A stretch of DNA of 64,000 nt from an uncultured Alphaproteobacteria bacterium. Its GTDB lineage: Bacteria; Pseudomonadota; Alphaproteobacteria; Rhizobiales; Xanthobacteraceae. Positions within the stretch are counted from its first letter, which is position 1. Each line of letters begins with the position of its first letter. The stretch spans positions 46,151 to 110,150 of the forward strand of contig CAWKLA010000013.1 of the NCBI GenBank assembly GCA_963850245.1. The letters run 5' to 3'. A program made the position numbers and the translations under genes. The notes below the pieces were generated by a model. It was given only the letters and a program-made list of their open reading frames with translations, did not search any database and was not told where the DNA came from. This document shows, in pieces, positions 18,838 to 29,266 of this stretch.

Positions 18838-19824
18838 ATGCAATCGCAATCCATGGCGGACTGGACGCACGATCACGCTTTCCTTGGCGAGCATCACGGC
18901 GCGCACGAGCGGCGGACCTGGACGGTGGTTGCGCTCACCGCGGTCATGATGGTCGCCGAGATCGTCGGCGGTACGCTCTACGGATCGATCGCGCTTGTCG
19001 CCGACGGCTGGCACATGGGCACGCATGTCGCGGCGCTCGCCATCGCCGGATTCGCTTATCTGTTCGCGCGCCGGCATATGAACGATGCGCGCTTCTCGCT
19101 CGGCACCGGCAAGTTCGGAGAACTCGCGGCTTTCGCCAGCGCCATCATCCTGGGCATGATCGCGCTCGGCATCGCCTACGAGTCGGTGCTGCGGCTCCTG
19201 AATCCCGTCGTCATTCACTTTCGTGAGGCAGTGCCGATCGCCGTGCTCGGACTGTGCGTCAACCTCGCGAGCGCTTGGCTGTTGCGCGAGACCCATGATC
19301 ACGGGCACGGCGCCGGCCACAGTCCTCACGATCACGACGACCACGATCACATCCATGATCACGATTCTGGCGGCGCTCACGTCGCGCATCAGCAGGATTT
19401 CAACTACCGCGCCGCTTACGTGCACGTGCTCGCCGATGCGCTGACCTCGGTTTTGGCCATCGCCGGCCTGTCGCTGGCATGGGCCTTCGGCTGGAGATTC
19501 ATGGATCCGCTGGTCGGGCTTGTCGGTACGGTCGTGATCATATCCTGGTCCGTGAGCCTGATCCGCGCGGCGGGGGGTGTTTTGCTCGACACGGTGCCCG
19601 ATCCGGCGCTCGCCGAGCGAATTCGCCAACGCATCGAGGTCGGCGGCGACCGGTTGGCCGATCTGCATCTGTGGCGCCTCGGTCCCGGCCATGCCGCGAT
19701 GATGGCTTCGATTGTTTCTGATTCACCGCTGCCGCCGTCGGCGTACAAACAGAGGCTCGAGGGTTTGACCGGACTTTCGCACGTGACGATCGAAGTCAAT
19801 CAATGCGCGCTCGAGCCCGAATAG
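18838..19824 (+). CDS. dmeF: CDF family Co(II)/Ni(II) efflux transporter DmeF
   Basis: This is the in-frame tail of ORF 18028..19824 starting at the ATG at 18838. It reads MQSQSMADWTHDHAFLGEHHGAHERRTWTVVALTAVMMVAEIVGG...HMGTHV... and has a His-rich loop (HDHGHGAGHSPHDHDDHDHIHDHD). The architecture is typical of DmeF. Confidence 0.87.
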   Translation: MQSQSMADWTHDHAFLGEHHGAHERRTWTVVALTAVMMVAEIVGGTLYGSIALVADGWHMGTHVAALAIAGFAYLFARRHMNDARFSLGTGKFGELAAFASAIILGMIALGIAYESVLRLLNPVVIHFREAVPIAVLGLCVNLASAWLLRETHDHGHGAGHSPHDHDDHDHIHDHDSGGAHVAHQQDFNYRAAYVHVLADALTSVLAIAGLSLAWAFGWRFMDPLVGLVGTVVIISWSVSLIRAAGGVLLDTVPDPALAERIRQRIEVGGDRLADLHLWRLGPGHAAMMASIVSDSPLPPSAYKQRLEGLTGLSHVTIEVNQCALEPE

Positions 19825-19843
19825 CGAATGGCGGGTTGGTAAA

Positions 19844-20563
19844 ATGGGGCGAGGGCGCCGGCAAACGGGCCGGTCAAACTATCTGCCATCCGCAATTCGA
19901 TGTTCGCTTGCCGGTGCGCTGCTGGTGATGCTGTGCGCTCACGCCCGAGCCCAGGAGCGGCCTGCCGGCTTCGTCGACGTTGCCACGGTCGTTCCCGGCG
20001 TCATCCTCGACATGCGTTACGCCGGCTCGCACAATTTCGTCGGCCGGCCGATCGACGCCTACGAGGCGCCGCGGTGTCTGCTGACCAAGCCCGCGGCCGA
20101 CGCTCTCGCCGACGTTGCCCGCGATCTCGCTTCGCGCGGTCTCGTTCTCAAGATCTTCGATTGCTATCGGCCGACCCGCGCTGTGGCGAATTTCGTGCGA
20201 TGGGCGCGCGATATCAACGACACCGTGGGCAAAAAGGAGTTCTATCCCTCGGTCGACAAGCGCACGCTGTTCCAGAACGGATATATCTCCTCCCGCTCGG
20301 GACATTCGCGCGGCTCGACCGTCGATCTCACGCTCGCGCGATCTGACGGCCAGGAACTCGACATGGGGACGCCGTTCGATTTTTTCAGTCCGCTGTCATG
20401 GCCCGCGGCTGACGGCGTCAGCGGTGAAGCGAAGGCCAACCGCGCGCTGTTTGCCGCGGCCATGCGCCGCCGCGGCTTCCGTCCTTACGACAAGGAATGG
20501 TGGCACTTCACGCTGTCGCACGAGCCGTTCCCGGCGACGTATTTCGATTTCCCGGTGCGATGA
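19844..20563 (+). CDS. D-alanyl-D-alanine dipeptidase (peptidase M15D, VanX/DdpX-like), secreted
   Basis: ORF track. After a signal peptide come DMRYAGSHNFVGRPIDAY, CYRPTRAV, SRSGHSRGSTVDLTL and EWWHFTL, which are VanX-family motifs. Confidence 0.85.
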   Translation: MGRGRRQTGRSNYLPSAIRCSLAGALLVMLCAHARAQERPAGFVDVATVVPGVILDMRYAGSHNFVGRPIDAYEAPRCLLTKPAADALADVARDLASRGLVLKIFDCYRPTRAVANFVRWARDINDTVGKKEFYPSVDKRTLFQNGYISSRSGHSRGSTVDLTLARSDGQELDMGTPFDFFSPLSWPAADGVSGEAKANRALFAAAMRRRGFRPYDKEWWHFTLSHEPFPATYFDFPVR

Positions 20564-20566
20564 AAC

Positions 20567-22078
20567 TCAGGAGTAGCCGGGAGGCGTTACGAAGCCGCCG
20601 AACTCGCGTTCGATCAGTGCGGCAAAGGCGATCGGCGTGCGATCTTCCAGATAGGGGCCGACGATCTGCACGCCGATCGGGAGGCCGCCCTCCGAAAGGC
20701 CGATCGGCGCGGCCGTCGCCGGCAGGCCTGGTGTTGTGGCAACCTCCGGCCATACCAGTTGATCGAAAAACGAAAACTGCTTTCCGTCGATGTCGATCCG
20801 GCGTTCCGCCATTGGTGTGTGATCGTGCGGAAAAGCCACCGTCGGCATGGGCGGGCAGAGCACGACATCCCATTCGCGGAACACGGCGGCCCATTTTTGC
20901 TGAAGGCTGATGCGCGCCATGTCGTCCGCGGCCCATTCGCGATGGCTCATGATCGTGCCGCGGCTTCTTTCGGCGGCAAGGCTATCGTCGTCGGGCTTAA
21001 GAGCGGCGGCCGCGGCTTGGGCCTGCGCGTAGATTTCCTGCGGCCACCGCTCCGATAACGCCGCCATCAGGAGGCGCATGTAGAGCCGTCCCGACTCGGC
21101 GAGATCGGGCAGGAGCGGGCTCGTATGCGCGACCTTGACACCCGCTTTGACCAGTTGCTGCGACAAGCGGTCGAGCGCAGCGCGCACTTCGCGGGCCGTC
21201 GGCAGCAGCGGATGATCGTCGATGACGAGAACGCGGAAATCCTTGAGCCGCTCATGACGCGGCGCCGGCAACGCCAGGCGATAGGCGATCCCGTCGCGGG
21301 CCTGATCGGGCCCGGCGGTTATCTCCAGCACCGACGCGAGATCGTCGGCGCTGCGCGCCATCGGCCCGACTACGGCAAGATCGCTTACGCGCTGCATCGT
21401 GTTGGGAATACGATGCCCGCGCGGCGGCACCAGATTGAGGGTCGGCTTGTGAGCGTAGACGCCGCAATAGTGCGCCGGCGTCCGCAGCGAGCCGCCGATA
21501 TCCGAGCCGAGCGATAACGGCCCGAAGCCGGCGGCAAGCGCAGCCGACGAACCGCCGGACGATCCTCCGGGGGTGCGGCCGAGATCCCATGGACTGTTCG
21601 TCGTGCCGTAAATGTCGTTGAAGCTCTGCCAGTCGCCCAGCAGCAACGGCACGTTGGTCTTGCCGAGGATGACCGCGCCCGCTGCCTTCACCCGCGCGAC
21701 CGCGACCGCGTCTTCGCGCGGAATAAAGTTCTTGAAGTCCGGCACGCCCCAGGTCGTCGGCAGGCCGACCACGTCGAAGGATTCCTTGATCGTCATCGGA
21801 ATCCCGAGCAGCGGTCCACGCTCGCCACGGGCGAGCGCGGCATCGGCGCTCCTGGCGGCTTCGCGGGCACGGTCGAAGTCGCGCACGATGACCGCGTTGA
21901 GCTTGCCGTCGAGCGCCTCGATGCGCGCAATGACATGATCGGTCAATTCGAGTGAGGAAATTTTCCGCGCCGCGAGCGCGGCGGTGAGTTCCTTGGCCGT
22001 GCCGTAGTTCAGCAAATCGCCGTCGCGGCCTTGACCGGTCATGTCCTTATCCTTTGAGCGCTGATCCATTGTCTCCAC
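20567..22078 (-). CDS. Amidase (amidase-signature family)
   Basis: ORF track. It carries the AS signature GGSSGGSSAALAAGFGPLSLGSDIGGSLRTPA. An alternative ATG at 22069 has a GGAGA SD. Confidence 0.85.
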   Translation of the reverse strand: METMDQRSKDKDMTGQGRDGDLLNYGTAKELTAALAARKISSLELTDHVIARIEALDGKLNAVIVRDFDRAREAARSADAALARGERGPLLGIPMTIKESFDVVGLPTTWGVPDFKNFIPREDAVAVARVKAAGAVILGKTNVPLLLGDWQSFNDIYGTTNSPWDLGRTPGGSSGGSSAALAAGFGPLSLGSDIGGSLRTPAHYCGVYAHKPTLNLVPPRGHRIPNTMQRVSDLAVVGPMARSADDLASVLEITAGPDQARDGIAYRLALPAPRHERLKDFRVLVIDDHPLLPTAREVRAALDRLSQQLVKAGVKVAHTSPLLPDLAESGRLYMRLLMAALSERWPQEIYAQAQAAAAALKPDDDSLAAERSRGTIMSHREWAADDMARISLQQKWAAVFREWDVVLCPPMPTVAFPHDHTPMAERRIDIDGKQFSFFDQLVWPEVATTPGLPATAAPIGLSEGGLPIGVQIVGPYLEDRTPIAFAALIEREFGGFVTPPGYS

Positions 22079-22176
22079 ACCATAAATGCCGTCAGATGCC
22101 CGCGCCAGCCTGCGGGTTTTTAAGCGGACTTCAAATTATCGAATGCCAAGCCCGGTCACGGCGCGGATCGCCGCGC

Positions 22177-24306
22177 CTATGTGTCCAGCAACCGGCGAAT
22201 GGCGACGGAGAGCAGTTCGCTGGTGAGAGGTTTTTGGATCAGATCGACGCCCGGATCGAGACGGCCCTGATGAACAATGGCGTTGCGCGAGTATCCCGTC
22301 ATGTACAGAACTTTCAGCAACGGCCGCATCTGTCTTGCCTCCTCCGCGAGCTTGCGTCCGTTCATCCCGGGCATGACAACGTCGGTAAGGAGGAGCTGGA
22401 CGGTGCTGTGGGCGTTCAGCAGGCTGAGCGCACCTTCGGCGTCGCCTGCTTCGAGAACGTCGTATCCGAGTGTCTCGAGTGTTTCCACAACGTAGGCCCG
22501 CACGTCGGCATCGTCCTCGACGACAAGGATGCATTCCCCGGACTTGCCGCGGCTTGGTTCCGGCTTGCGCACTTCCGCCGGCTGCGTCTTTCCAAGGAAC
22601 CGCGGCAGGTAGATGTTGATCGTGGTCCCTTCGCCATCCTCGCTGTAGATTTTGACGTGTCCGCCGGATTGTTTGACGAAGCCATAGACTTGGCTGAGCC
22701 CGAGCCCGGTGCCCTGGCCGGATTGCTTGGTTGTGAAGAACGGCTCGAAGGCGTGTTCGATGACCTCTTTCGGCATTCCCGAGCCGGTGTCGGTCACCGA
22801 TATCTGCACATACTGTCCAGGCCGGACATCGGCGTTCTGCCGGCAATAGGATTCGTCGAGATAGGAGTTGCTGATTTCGATGGTGAGCTTGCCGCCGTCG
22901 GGCATGGCGTCGCGGGCGTTCACCACCAGGTTGAGAATGGCGGCCTCTAGCTCCGCGGGATCGACCTCGACCGGCCAGGCGCCGCCGCCGCCCACGATCT
23001 CCAGCGACACGTCTTCTCTCAGCGCGCGCCGCAGGAAATCGGAAAGGCCGTTGAGCGTGCGATTGACGTCGAGCACGGTCGGATGCAGCGGCTGCTGCCG
23101 GGAAAACGCCAGCAGGCGCTTGGTGAGAGTCGCGGCGCGCTGGGCGCCGTGCATGGCGTTCCTCAGGCGCTGCGCGAGCCTGATCTGCGCCCCCTCCTCC
23201 CAATTTTCGAGTTGACGTTGCGCGTTCTCGAGATTGCCAATGATGACCGTGAGCAGATTATTGAAATCGTGCGCAACGCCGCCGGTGAGTTGACCGATGG
23301 CGTCGAGTTTCTGCGACTGACGCAGCGCGTCTTCGGCGACCGACCGCCTGCTGATCTCCTCGTAAAGCCGTTCCGTGCGCCTCAACACCGCGAACAAAGT
23401 AAAGAAAAGCAGCAGCGTGACCGGGACGCCGTAAATCAGATGCGCGGCCATCTCCCGGATCCATTCATTGCGTATCGCTTCGGTCGAGATGCCGGACGTC
23501 AGGTAGAGCGAACTCGTGCCGAAACGGCGAAACGCGAAGCGACGCTCGACGTGATCGACCGGAGAAACCGAGGTATACATTCCGCCGGCCGGTGAACGCT
23601 CGGTCGTCCGGCGAAATCCGGTGTTTTCATCGAGGCGGTTGGGCGCGCCCGGCGGCGCGGCGGGATAGCGCGCCAGAATCAACCCGTCCTTGCGGATCAG
23701 TGCGAATTGCTGACCCTCGCCATAGGCCAGCGTTGCGAAAAAGCGGAAGAAATTGCTCGGAAGAACCGAGGCTTCGACGACGCCGACGAACCCGTCGCTG
23801 CTCTCGAGCCGCCGGCTCACGGTAAAGAACGGCTGAGCGTCGAAACGCGATTGATATACTTGGCCGTAATAGATGCCGACATTGTCCCGGACATGCGCGG
23901 CGAAAAAGTCCCGGTCGGAAAAGTCCATGTCAGGGGGCGGATGCAGCCACGACGAAACCAGTGGCCGCCCGTCCTTGCCGTAGATCCAGATGGATTGGAT
24001 GGCCGGAATCTGGGCAACCAACTTCTTGATCTTGGAGTAGATTTGGCCCTCGTCGTTACGGATGGCGGCATCGGACATGCCCGCGACCAGGTCGCTTGTT
24101 TCGTTCAGCGCCAGATCGACAAGCTCAAATGATTTTTGCGCCTCCTCCTGCTCGACGTCGAGCGAACGTGACAGGCGCTCGTCGGTCAGCGCCTTGAGGT
24201 TGCGATAGCTGTTCCACGATGCAAACCCGAACAGAAGGCTGGGGGCGAGCAGAGACGCGGCCATCGCGAGCCGCACCAGCCTGATTGTCAGCGACCTTCT
24301 CTGCAT
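22177..24306 (-). CDS. Hybrid sensor histidine kinase/response regulator with periplasmic sensor domain
   Basis: ORF track. Two TM segments flank a sensor domain of about 270 aa. It also has HisKA (GGVAHDFNNLLTVIIGNLE), HATPase (DTGSGMP...GTGLGLSQVYGF) and a C-terminal REC (ILVVEDDADVR...LLLTDVVMPGMNG). Confidence 0.88.
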   Translation of the reverse strand: MQRRSLTIRLVRLAMAASLLAPSLLFGFASWNSYRNLKALTDERLSRSLDVEQEEAQKSFELVDLALNETSDLVAGMSDAAIRNDEGQIYSKIKKLVAQIPAIQSIWIYGKDGRPLVSSWLHPPPDMDFSDRDFFAAHVRDNVGIYYGQVYQSRFDAQPFFTVSRRLESSDGFVGVVEASVLPSNFFRFFATLAYGEGQQFALIRKDGLILARYPAAPPGAPNRLDENTGFRRTTERSPAGGMYTSVSPVDHVERRFAFRRFGTSSLYLTSGISTEAIRNEWIREMAAHLIYGVPVTLLLFFTLFAVLRRTERLYEEISRRSVAEDALRQSQKLDAIGQLTGGVAHDFNNLLTVIIGNLENAQRQLENWEEGAQIRLAQRLRNAMHGAQRAATLTKRLLAFSRQQPLHPTVLDVNRTLNGLSDFLRRALREDVSLEIVGGGGAWPVEVDPAELEAAILNLVVNARDAMPDGGKLTIEISNSYLDESYCRQNADVRPGQYVQISVTDTGSGMPKEVIEHAFEPFFTTKQSGQGTGLGLSQVYGFVKQSGGHVKIYSEDGEGTTINIYLPRFLGKTQPAEVRKPEPSRGKSGECILVVEDDADVRAYVVETLETLGYDVLEAGDAEGALSLLNAHSTVQLLLTDVVMPGMNGRKLAEEARQMRPLLKVLYMTGYSRNAIVHQGRLDPGVDLIQKPLTSELLSVAIRRLLDT

Positions 24307-24459
24307 TTGCGGTTCAAATCCGCGAGCAGGCTAAATGAGTGTGGGATTTTGGCAAGCGCATCGCCTGCCCGAATGGAAAGCGTCAGCCGGAAGATTTTTC
24401 GTTCAGTCCTTTCCCGTTTCGGTCATCCCGTATAAGGCACTGGCGAACAGGAGAGCGCC

Positions 24460-24702
24460 ATGGAAGAGCTGAACGGCCGTATGATCGCGTGTCAGATATT
24501 GGTAACCGGCCTGATCGCCCGCGTCGCCAACAACTCCCGGGACCCCTTGAGGTTCCTCACGGACTTCCGCGACGAAGTTCTGGCGGTCGTACGTCAGGTG
24601 AGAATTGCGGGCTCTCTTGATACCGATCGTGTGCGGCTGACCGCCCAGCAAACAGTCGATGAACTGTTTTCACTGATGAAGCCGCCTAGCACGGAAGAAT
24701 AG
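24460..24702 (+). CDS. Hypothetical 80-aa protein
   Basis: ORF track. The ATG has AGGAGA 5 nt upstream. No recognisable family. Confidence 0.4.
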   Translation: MEELNGRMIACQILVTGLIARVANNSRDPLRFLTDFRDEVLAVVRQVRIAGSLDTDRVRLTAQQTVDELFSLMKPPSTEE

Positions 24703-24801
24703 CTGTTCAGCTTTCAGCGTATGTCACGAGCCCAATCTGCGCGACTGCGAGGCGCCGTGGCGGTGGAAAATCCGCTTGTGCCGGCGTGATTTGGAACGAA
24801 G

Positions 24802-24818
24802 TTTAGATCGGATTTAAA
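24802..24818. promoter_or_regulatory. ICE-like (Irr-type) inverted repeat TTTAGAT-CGG-ATTTAAA at the edge of an AT-rich promoter region
   Basis: Read from the sequence. It matches 11 of 14 defined positions of my remembered Bradyrhizobium iron control element consensus (TTTAGAA-N3-TTCTAAA). It lies about 140 nt upstream of the TonB-dependent receptor ORF. Confidence 0.3.
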
Positions 24819-24958
24819 CTCACAAAATAACTTCTCATTATAATAATTCCAAATCGAATATGTAGTTTATTCGCAACAACCAAGTATTAAGGCTTGGAAA
24901 TACTGTAGTTTGGTTTGATTATCAATTTTGTTTTCCCTAGCGTCGCCACATCACGCTG

Positions 24959-27478
24959 ATGCCGCAATCGAGTTGGCGTCGCGTTTTTGGGATGGGGGCG
25001 ATAATGAGCGTTGTATTGCGGCCGAATTCGCTGCGTGGATACGTAGCGATCGGTCGGCTGGAAGCCGCGTTGGAGAATGGTCCGACGCAAAAGGTCACGG
25101 TCGGTTGTTTGATTGCAGTGGCGGCGATGGGCGGCGCAGAAGCGCAGGAGCAGCCGTTGCCGCCGGTGACGGTGGAGGCGCCGATTGCGCGCCCGAAACC
25201 GCCCGCGGCCAAGCCGTCGCCTGAGCATATCCGCGTTCGCGCCGCGGTCCGGCGCATATCGAAGGCCAAGGCTGCCGAACTGGCGCGCGCTAAAGCGCAA
25301 GCCGCTGCCGAGGCAAAGGTACAAGCCGCGCAGCGCGACCCTTATGCTGATCCGGCTGCCCCGTACAAGGCCAATCGGCTCGAGTCGGGAAAGATCAGCG
25401 AACCGATCGCCGATTTGCCGAGAAGCGTCACGGTGCTGACGAAGGAAGTCCTTCGCGACAAGGACGCCACCAGCCTCAAGGATGTCGCGCGAACGACACC
25501 CGGCGTGACGATCGGAACCGGTGAGGGCGGCAATGCCTTCGGCGATCGGTTTTTCATCCGCGGCTTCGATGCACGCAACGACGTCTTTGTCGACGGCATC
25601 CGTGATCCCGCCGTGAACATCCGGGAAAATTTCTTCACCGAGCAGGTCGAGATCCTCAAGGGACCGTCCGCCACGATTAACGGCCGCGGCACCGCCGGTG
25701 GCGCGATCAACATCGTCACCAAGCAGGCAACGACCGAGGCCAGCTTCTACAACGCCGACTCGAAATTCGCGAGCGACAACACCAAGCGCTTCACGTTCGA
25801 CGTCAACCAGGTCATCAGCCCGACGCTCGCTGTCCGCGTAGATGGCATGTGGCAGAACGCCGATATCTCGGAGCGCGACTTTACGACCGACGATCGCTGG
25901 GGCGGATTGGCGGCCGTGAAGTGGTCGCCGACCAACTCGATAAATATTACGGCCAACTACATCCACACCAATCTGAGCGGACTGCCGGACTTCGGCGTTC
26001 CCTACAACACCGTGGCCCGCGCGCCGGTGACTTCGGTCGGTGTTCCGCGCGATACCTATTACGGGTTCGTGAATTGCGACTTTCAGCAGGCGACGCAGGA
26101 TATCGGAACGCTGATCGGCCAGTTCCAGATCAACGACCATCTGTTGTGGACCAACGAATTCCGGGACGAGCGATCGGTGCTCAACTACATCGGGACAATT
26201 CCCGAGCAGGGAACCGGTAAGGGCGGCACTTGCAACTCGAACGGCGGCAACTTCGCCAATCCGAACCCGGCCAACTGGATGGTCTGTCTCAATCCGCAGA
26301 GCCGCTATCAGGTCACCAACGTATTGGCCGACCAATCGTTCGGGACACTCAAGTTCGACACCGGGCCCGTCCGCCATACCTTCATTGGCGGGGCGGAGAT
26401 TTCACACGAGGTCGTCAGCCTGGATTCCTACAACGGGTTGAATTCAGAGGCCATCGGCGCCGGCGCCTTTGCCAGCGGCACCGTCGGTCCCGTCTCGGTG
26501 CTCAATCCGCCGAACAACCTCGCCTTTGGCGTTCCGTCGGTGACCGGCAACCCGAACATCATTCCGGTCAACACCGAAAGTCTGTTTGGTCTTGAAACGG
26601 CAAACTACCGGGATTTCGTGATCGCGACCGCGGGTCTTCGGTTCGACCAGTACAATATCAGCGCCAGCAAGACCGGATTTTCGACAGTTTCGGCATCGTC
26701 CGGGATGTGGAATTACAATCTCGGCCTTGTCGTCAAGCCGATACCGATTGCCAGCGTTTATGCCGCTTACGGCACCGCCTCTCAGCCGGTGGGCGCCGAA
26801 CTCGACGGCACGTCGGCGAATTACGGCGGGCTCAATCCGTCGTCGCCGATCACCCAGATCTTCAGCCCGGTGGAGACGAGGGCGGAGGAAGTCGGAACCA
26901 AGTGGGAGCTTCTGGACAAGCATCTGCTGGCGACCGCTGCGCTGTTCCGGACCGACGTCAGCAACGCTCGCGAACTGGTGCCGGCCGGCTATCCAAACGC
27001 CGGCACCATCCAGGCCGGAGCGGCCTACCACGTCCAGGGCATCGACGTCGGCGCCACCGGCAAGCTCACCGAGAAGCTGAGCATCTTCGGCGGATTCGTG
27101 CTGATGAACAATCGGGTCGACGCTTCGGCGGTGCCGACCAATGTCGGATTGCCGCTCGCCTTCGTCGCCAATCAATCCTTCAACATCCTGACCAAATACG
27201 AGGTCAACAAATATCTCGAGGTCGGCGGCCAGGCGACGTATCGCTCGCAAATCTACGGCGGCACGCTGCTCGCGGCCAATCAGGGCACGGTGCTTCCCGA
27301 TTATTGGCGCTTCGACGCCTTCGTCGAGGGCTATTTCCTCAAGAACTACGAATGGAAAATCTTCGTGAATAACATCTTCAACAAGCTCTATTACGACGCC
27401 TTCTACCAAAGCGCGGCGCCGTTCGTGCTGGTCGCGCCGGGCCGTGTCATCGGAGGACAGCTCACGGCGAGATTTTAA
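24959..27478 (+). CDS. TonB-dependent siderophore receptor (Fiu/PiuA-like catecholate type)
   Basis: ORF track. It has a plug domain (DLPRSVTVLTKEVLRDKDATSLKDVARTTPGVTIGTGEGGNAFGDRFFIRGF), a beta-barrel and a terminal aromatic residue (...LTARF). It is adjacent to piuC/ybiX, as in E. coli fiu-ybiX. The exact start is uncertain (alternatives MGAIMSVV). Confidence 0.9.
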   Translation: MPQSSWRRVFGMGAIMSVVLRPNSLRGYVAIGRLEAALENGPTQKVTVGCLIAVAAMGGAEAQEQPLPPVTVEAPIARPKPPAAKPSPEHIRVRAAVRRISKAKAAELARAKAQAAAEAKVQAAQRDPYADPAAPYKANRLESGKISEPIADLPRSVTVLTKEVLRDKDATSLKDVARTTPGVTIGTGEGGNAFGDRFFIRGFDARNDVFVDGIRDPAVNIRENFFTEQVEILKGPSATINGRGTAGGAINIVTKQATTEASFYNADSKFASDNTKRFTFDVNQVISPTLAVRVDGMWQNADISERDFTTDDRWGGLAAVKWSPTNSINITANYIHTNLSGLPDFGVPYNTVARAPVTSVGVPRDTYYGFVNCDFQQATQDIGTLIGQFQINDHLLWTNEFRDERSVLNYIGTIPEQGTGKGGTCNSNGGNFANPNPANWMVCLNPQSRYQVTNVLADQSFGTLKFDTGPVRHTFIGGAEISHEVVSLDSYNGLNSEAIGAGAFASGTVGPVSVLNPPNNLAFGVPSVTGNPNIIPVNTESLFGLETANYRDFVIATAGLRFDQYNISASKTGFSTVSASSGMWNYNLGLVVKPIPIASVYAAYGTASQPVGAELDGTSANYGGLNPSSPITQIFSPVETRAEEVGTKWELLDKHLLATAALFRTDVSNARELVPAGYPNAGTIQAGAAYHVQGIDVGATGKLTEKLSIFGGFVLMNNRVDASAVPTNVGLPLAFVANQSFNILTKYEVNKYLEVGGQATYRSQIYGGTLLAANQGTVLPDYWRFDAFVEGYFLKNYEWKIFVNNIFNKLYYDAFYQSAAPFVLVAPGRVIGGQLTARF

Positions 27479-27618
27479 AACTGTTCCAATTCGAAACTGG
27501 GAACAGACAAAGCAGATCTGCGCGCGGGCGCGGCAACAAAGTTGTGGCGAAAGTCGTTTTCGTTCGCCATGGTGCCGGCCCGCGCCCTCGAGAGATCTTC
27601 GATCAAGGACGGCGTGAG

Positions 27619-27635
27619 TTTCGAATTGTTCTAAT
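27619..27635. promoter_or_regulatory. ICE-like (Irr-type) motif TTTCGAA-TTG-TTCTAAT just upstream of piuC
   Basis: Read from the sequence. It matches 12 of 14 positions of TTTAGAA-N3-TTCTAAA and lies 19-35 nt upstream of the piuC ATG. Confidence 0.4.
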
Positions 27636-27653
27636 TCCAGACGGCGAATGTGA

Positions 27654-28337
27654 ATGCTGATTTGTGTCCCCGACGTGTTGAGCAAGACCGACGTAGCAAA
27701 ATTCCGCGCAGCGATGGATGACGCCACATGGGAGGACGGCCGCTCGACCGCGGGCTCACAGTCGGCCATGGTCAAAAAGAACGATCAATTGCCGCCGGAC
27801 AGCGAGATCGCGCGGCAATTGGGCGAGACTGTTGTCAAGGCCATCGTCGCCAATCCGCTGTTCGTATCGGCGGCCATCCCGAAGCAGATCTTCCCGCCGC
27901 TGTTCAATCGCTATGGCACCGGACAGCATTTCGGCGTGCACGTCGACAACGCAGTGCGCGGCGATCATTTGACCGGGGCGCGCATCCGCACCGACCTTTC
28001 GGTCACACTTTTCCTTTCTGAACCCGAGGAATATGACGGCGGCGAACTGATCGTCGAGGACTATTACGGTTCTCACCAGGTGAAACTGCCTGCCGGGCAT
28101 CTGGTGCTTTATCCCGCATCCAGTCTCCATACCGTCACGCCGGTGACCCGCGGCGTCCGGGTGGCCTCGTTCTTTTGGCTGCAGAGTATGGTCCGCGATG
28201 GCCACGCGCGCAGCATGATCTTCGACCTCGACACGGCGATTCAGGGACTCGTCGCGCGTCTGGGCCGCAACGATGCTGACGTCGTCAGGCTTACCGGCAT
28301 CTATCACAACCTCATCCGGTGTTGGGCTGAAGTATGA
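27654..28337 (+). CDS. piuC: Fe(II)-dependent PKHD-type hydroxylase (YbiX/PiuC family)
   Basis: ORF track. It aligns along its length with remembered E. coli YbiX (LFNRY...[10 protein letters not shown]...[23 protein letters not shown]...[35 protein letters not shown]). Confidence 0.9.
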   Translation: MLICVPDVLSKTDVAKFRAAMDDATWEDGRSTAGSQSAMVKKNDQLPPDSEIARQLGETVVKAIVANPLFVSAAIPKQIFPPLFNRYGTGQHFGVHVDNAVRGDHLTGARIRTDLSVTLFLSEPEEYDGGELIVEDYYGSHQVKLPAGHLVLYPASSLHTVTPVTRGVRVASFFWLQSMVRDGHARSMIFDLDTAIQGLVARLGRNDADVVRLTGIYHNLIRCWAEV

Positions 28338-29263
28338 AACTTTTCTCGTTGCGGATAGCGGCGGCACTAGCGGCGGCGTTGATCGTTGCATCGCTCGCGT
28401 CGCCGTTGTCCGCCCAAACTCCGGGAGCGACGCCGACGGTGGCAGCGCCGCTAAAGGATTCTGTTGAGGTGCCGTCAGCGGCAACACCAAATTCTCCCGC
28501 CGCGCCGGTAGCAATTCCTTCGCCCGTGAACCCCGACGACGGTGGCCGGCCGGTCGCGTCCGCCGGGCGCGTGCCGCGCGACCTCTCGCCCTGGACGATG
28601 TTTCTTGCCGCCGACATCGTCGTCAAAGCCGTGATGATCAGCCTGGCGTTCGCCTCGCTTGTGACGTGGACGGTTTTCTTCGCCAAGACCGTCCAGCTTT
28701 CCCATGCACGGACGCGGCTTCGTGCATCGCTGGCGCGGGTCGCCGAGGCGCGAACTCTTGCCGAGGCGCAATTGCGGCTGGGCTCTCGCGATGCGGTCAT
28801 GTCGGCCCTGCTGCGAGCCGCGCTCGCGGAAGTGAAATTGTCCGGCGACAAGGCCAGCGACGAGGGCATCAAGGAACGCGCCGCGTCGCGCTTTTCGGAG
28901 ATTACGCGCGCCCAGGCGCGTTCGATACGGCAGGGTCTGGCCGTCCTTGCGACCATCGGCGCGACGGCGCCCTTCGTCGGACTGTTCGGTACGGTGTGGG
29001 GCATCATGGACAGTTTCGTCGGCATTTCCAAAGCGCAGACGACCAATCTCGCGGTGGTGGCGCCAGGTATTGCCGAAGCGCTGCTCGCGACCGCCATCGG
29101 ACTTGCGGCCGCGATACCGGCGGTCATCATCTACAATCACTTTTCGCGCACGACGAAGGGCTATCTGGAACTGATCAGCCGTGGTTCCGGCGCGATCGGC
29201 CGCTTGCTGTCGCGCGACCTCGATCGGGCCCGCGACCGACCGCTGACCCTTGCCGCGGAGTAG
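28334..29263 (+). CDS. exbB: TonB-system energiser ExbB (MotA/TolQ/ExbB family), long N-terminal periplasmic extension
   Basis: ORF track. [24 protein letters not shown]...[27 protein letters not shown] is an ExbB sequence. The start overlaps the piuC stop. Confidence 0.88.
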   Translation: MKLFSLRIAAALAAALIVASLASPLSAQTPGATPTVAAPLKDSVEVPSAATPNSPAAPVAIPSPVNPDDGGRPVASAGRVPRDLSPWTMFLAADIVVKAVMISLAFASLVTWTVFFAKTVQLSHARTRLRASLARVAEARTLAEAQLRLGSRDAVMSALLRAALAEVKLSGDKASDEGIKERAASRFSEITRAQARSIRQGLAVLATIGATAPFVGLFGTVWGIMDSFVGISKAQTTNLAVVAPGIAEALLATAIGLAAAIPAVIIYNHFSRTTKGYLELISRGSGAIGRLLSRDLDRARDRPLTLAAE

Positions 29264-29266
29264 GCG

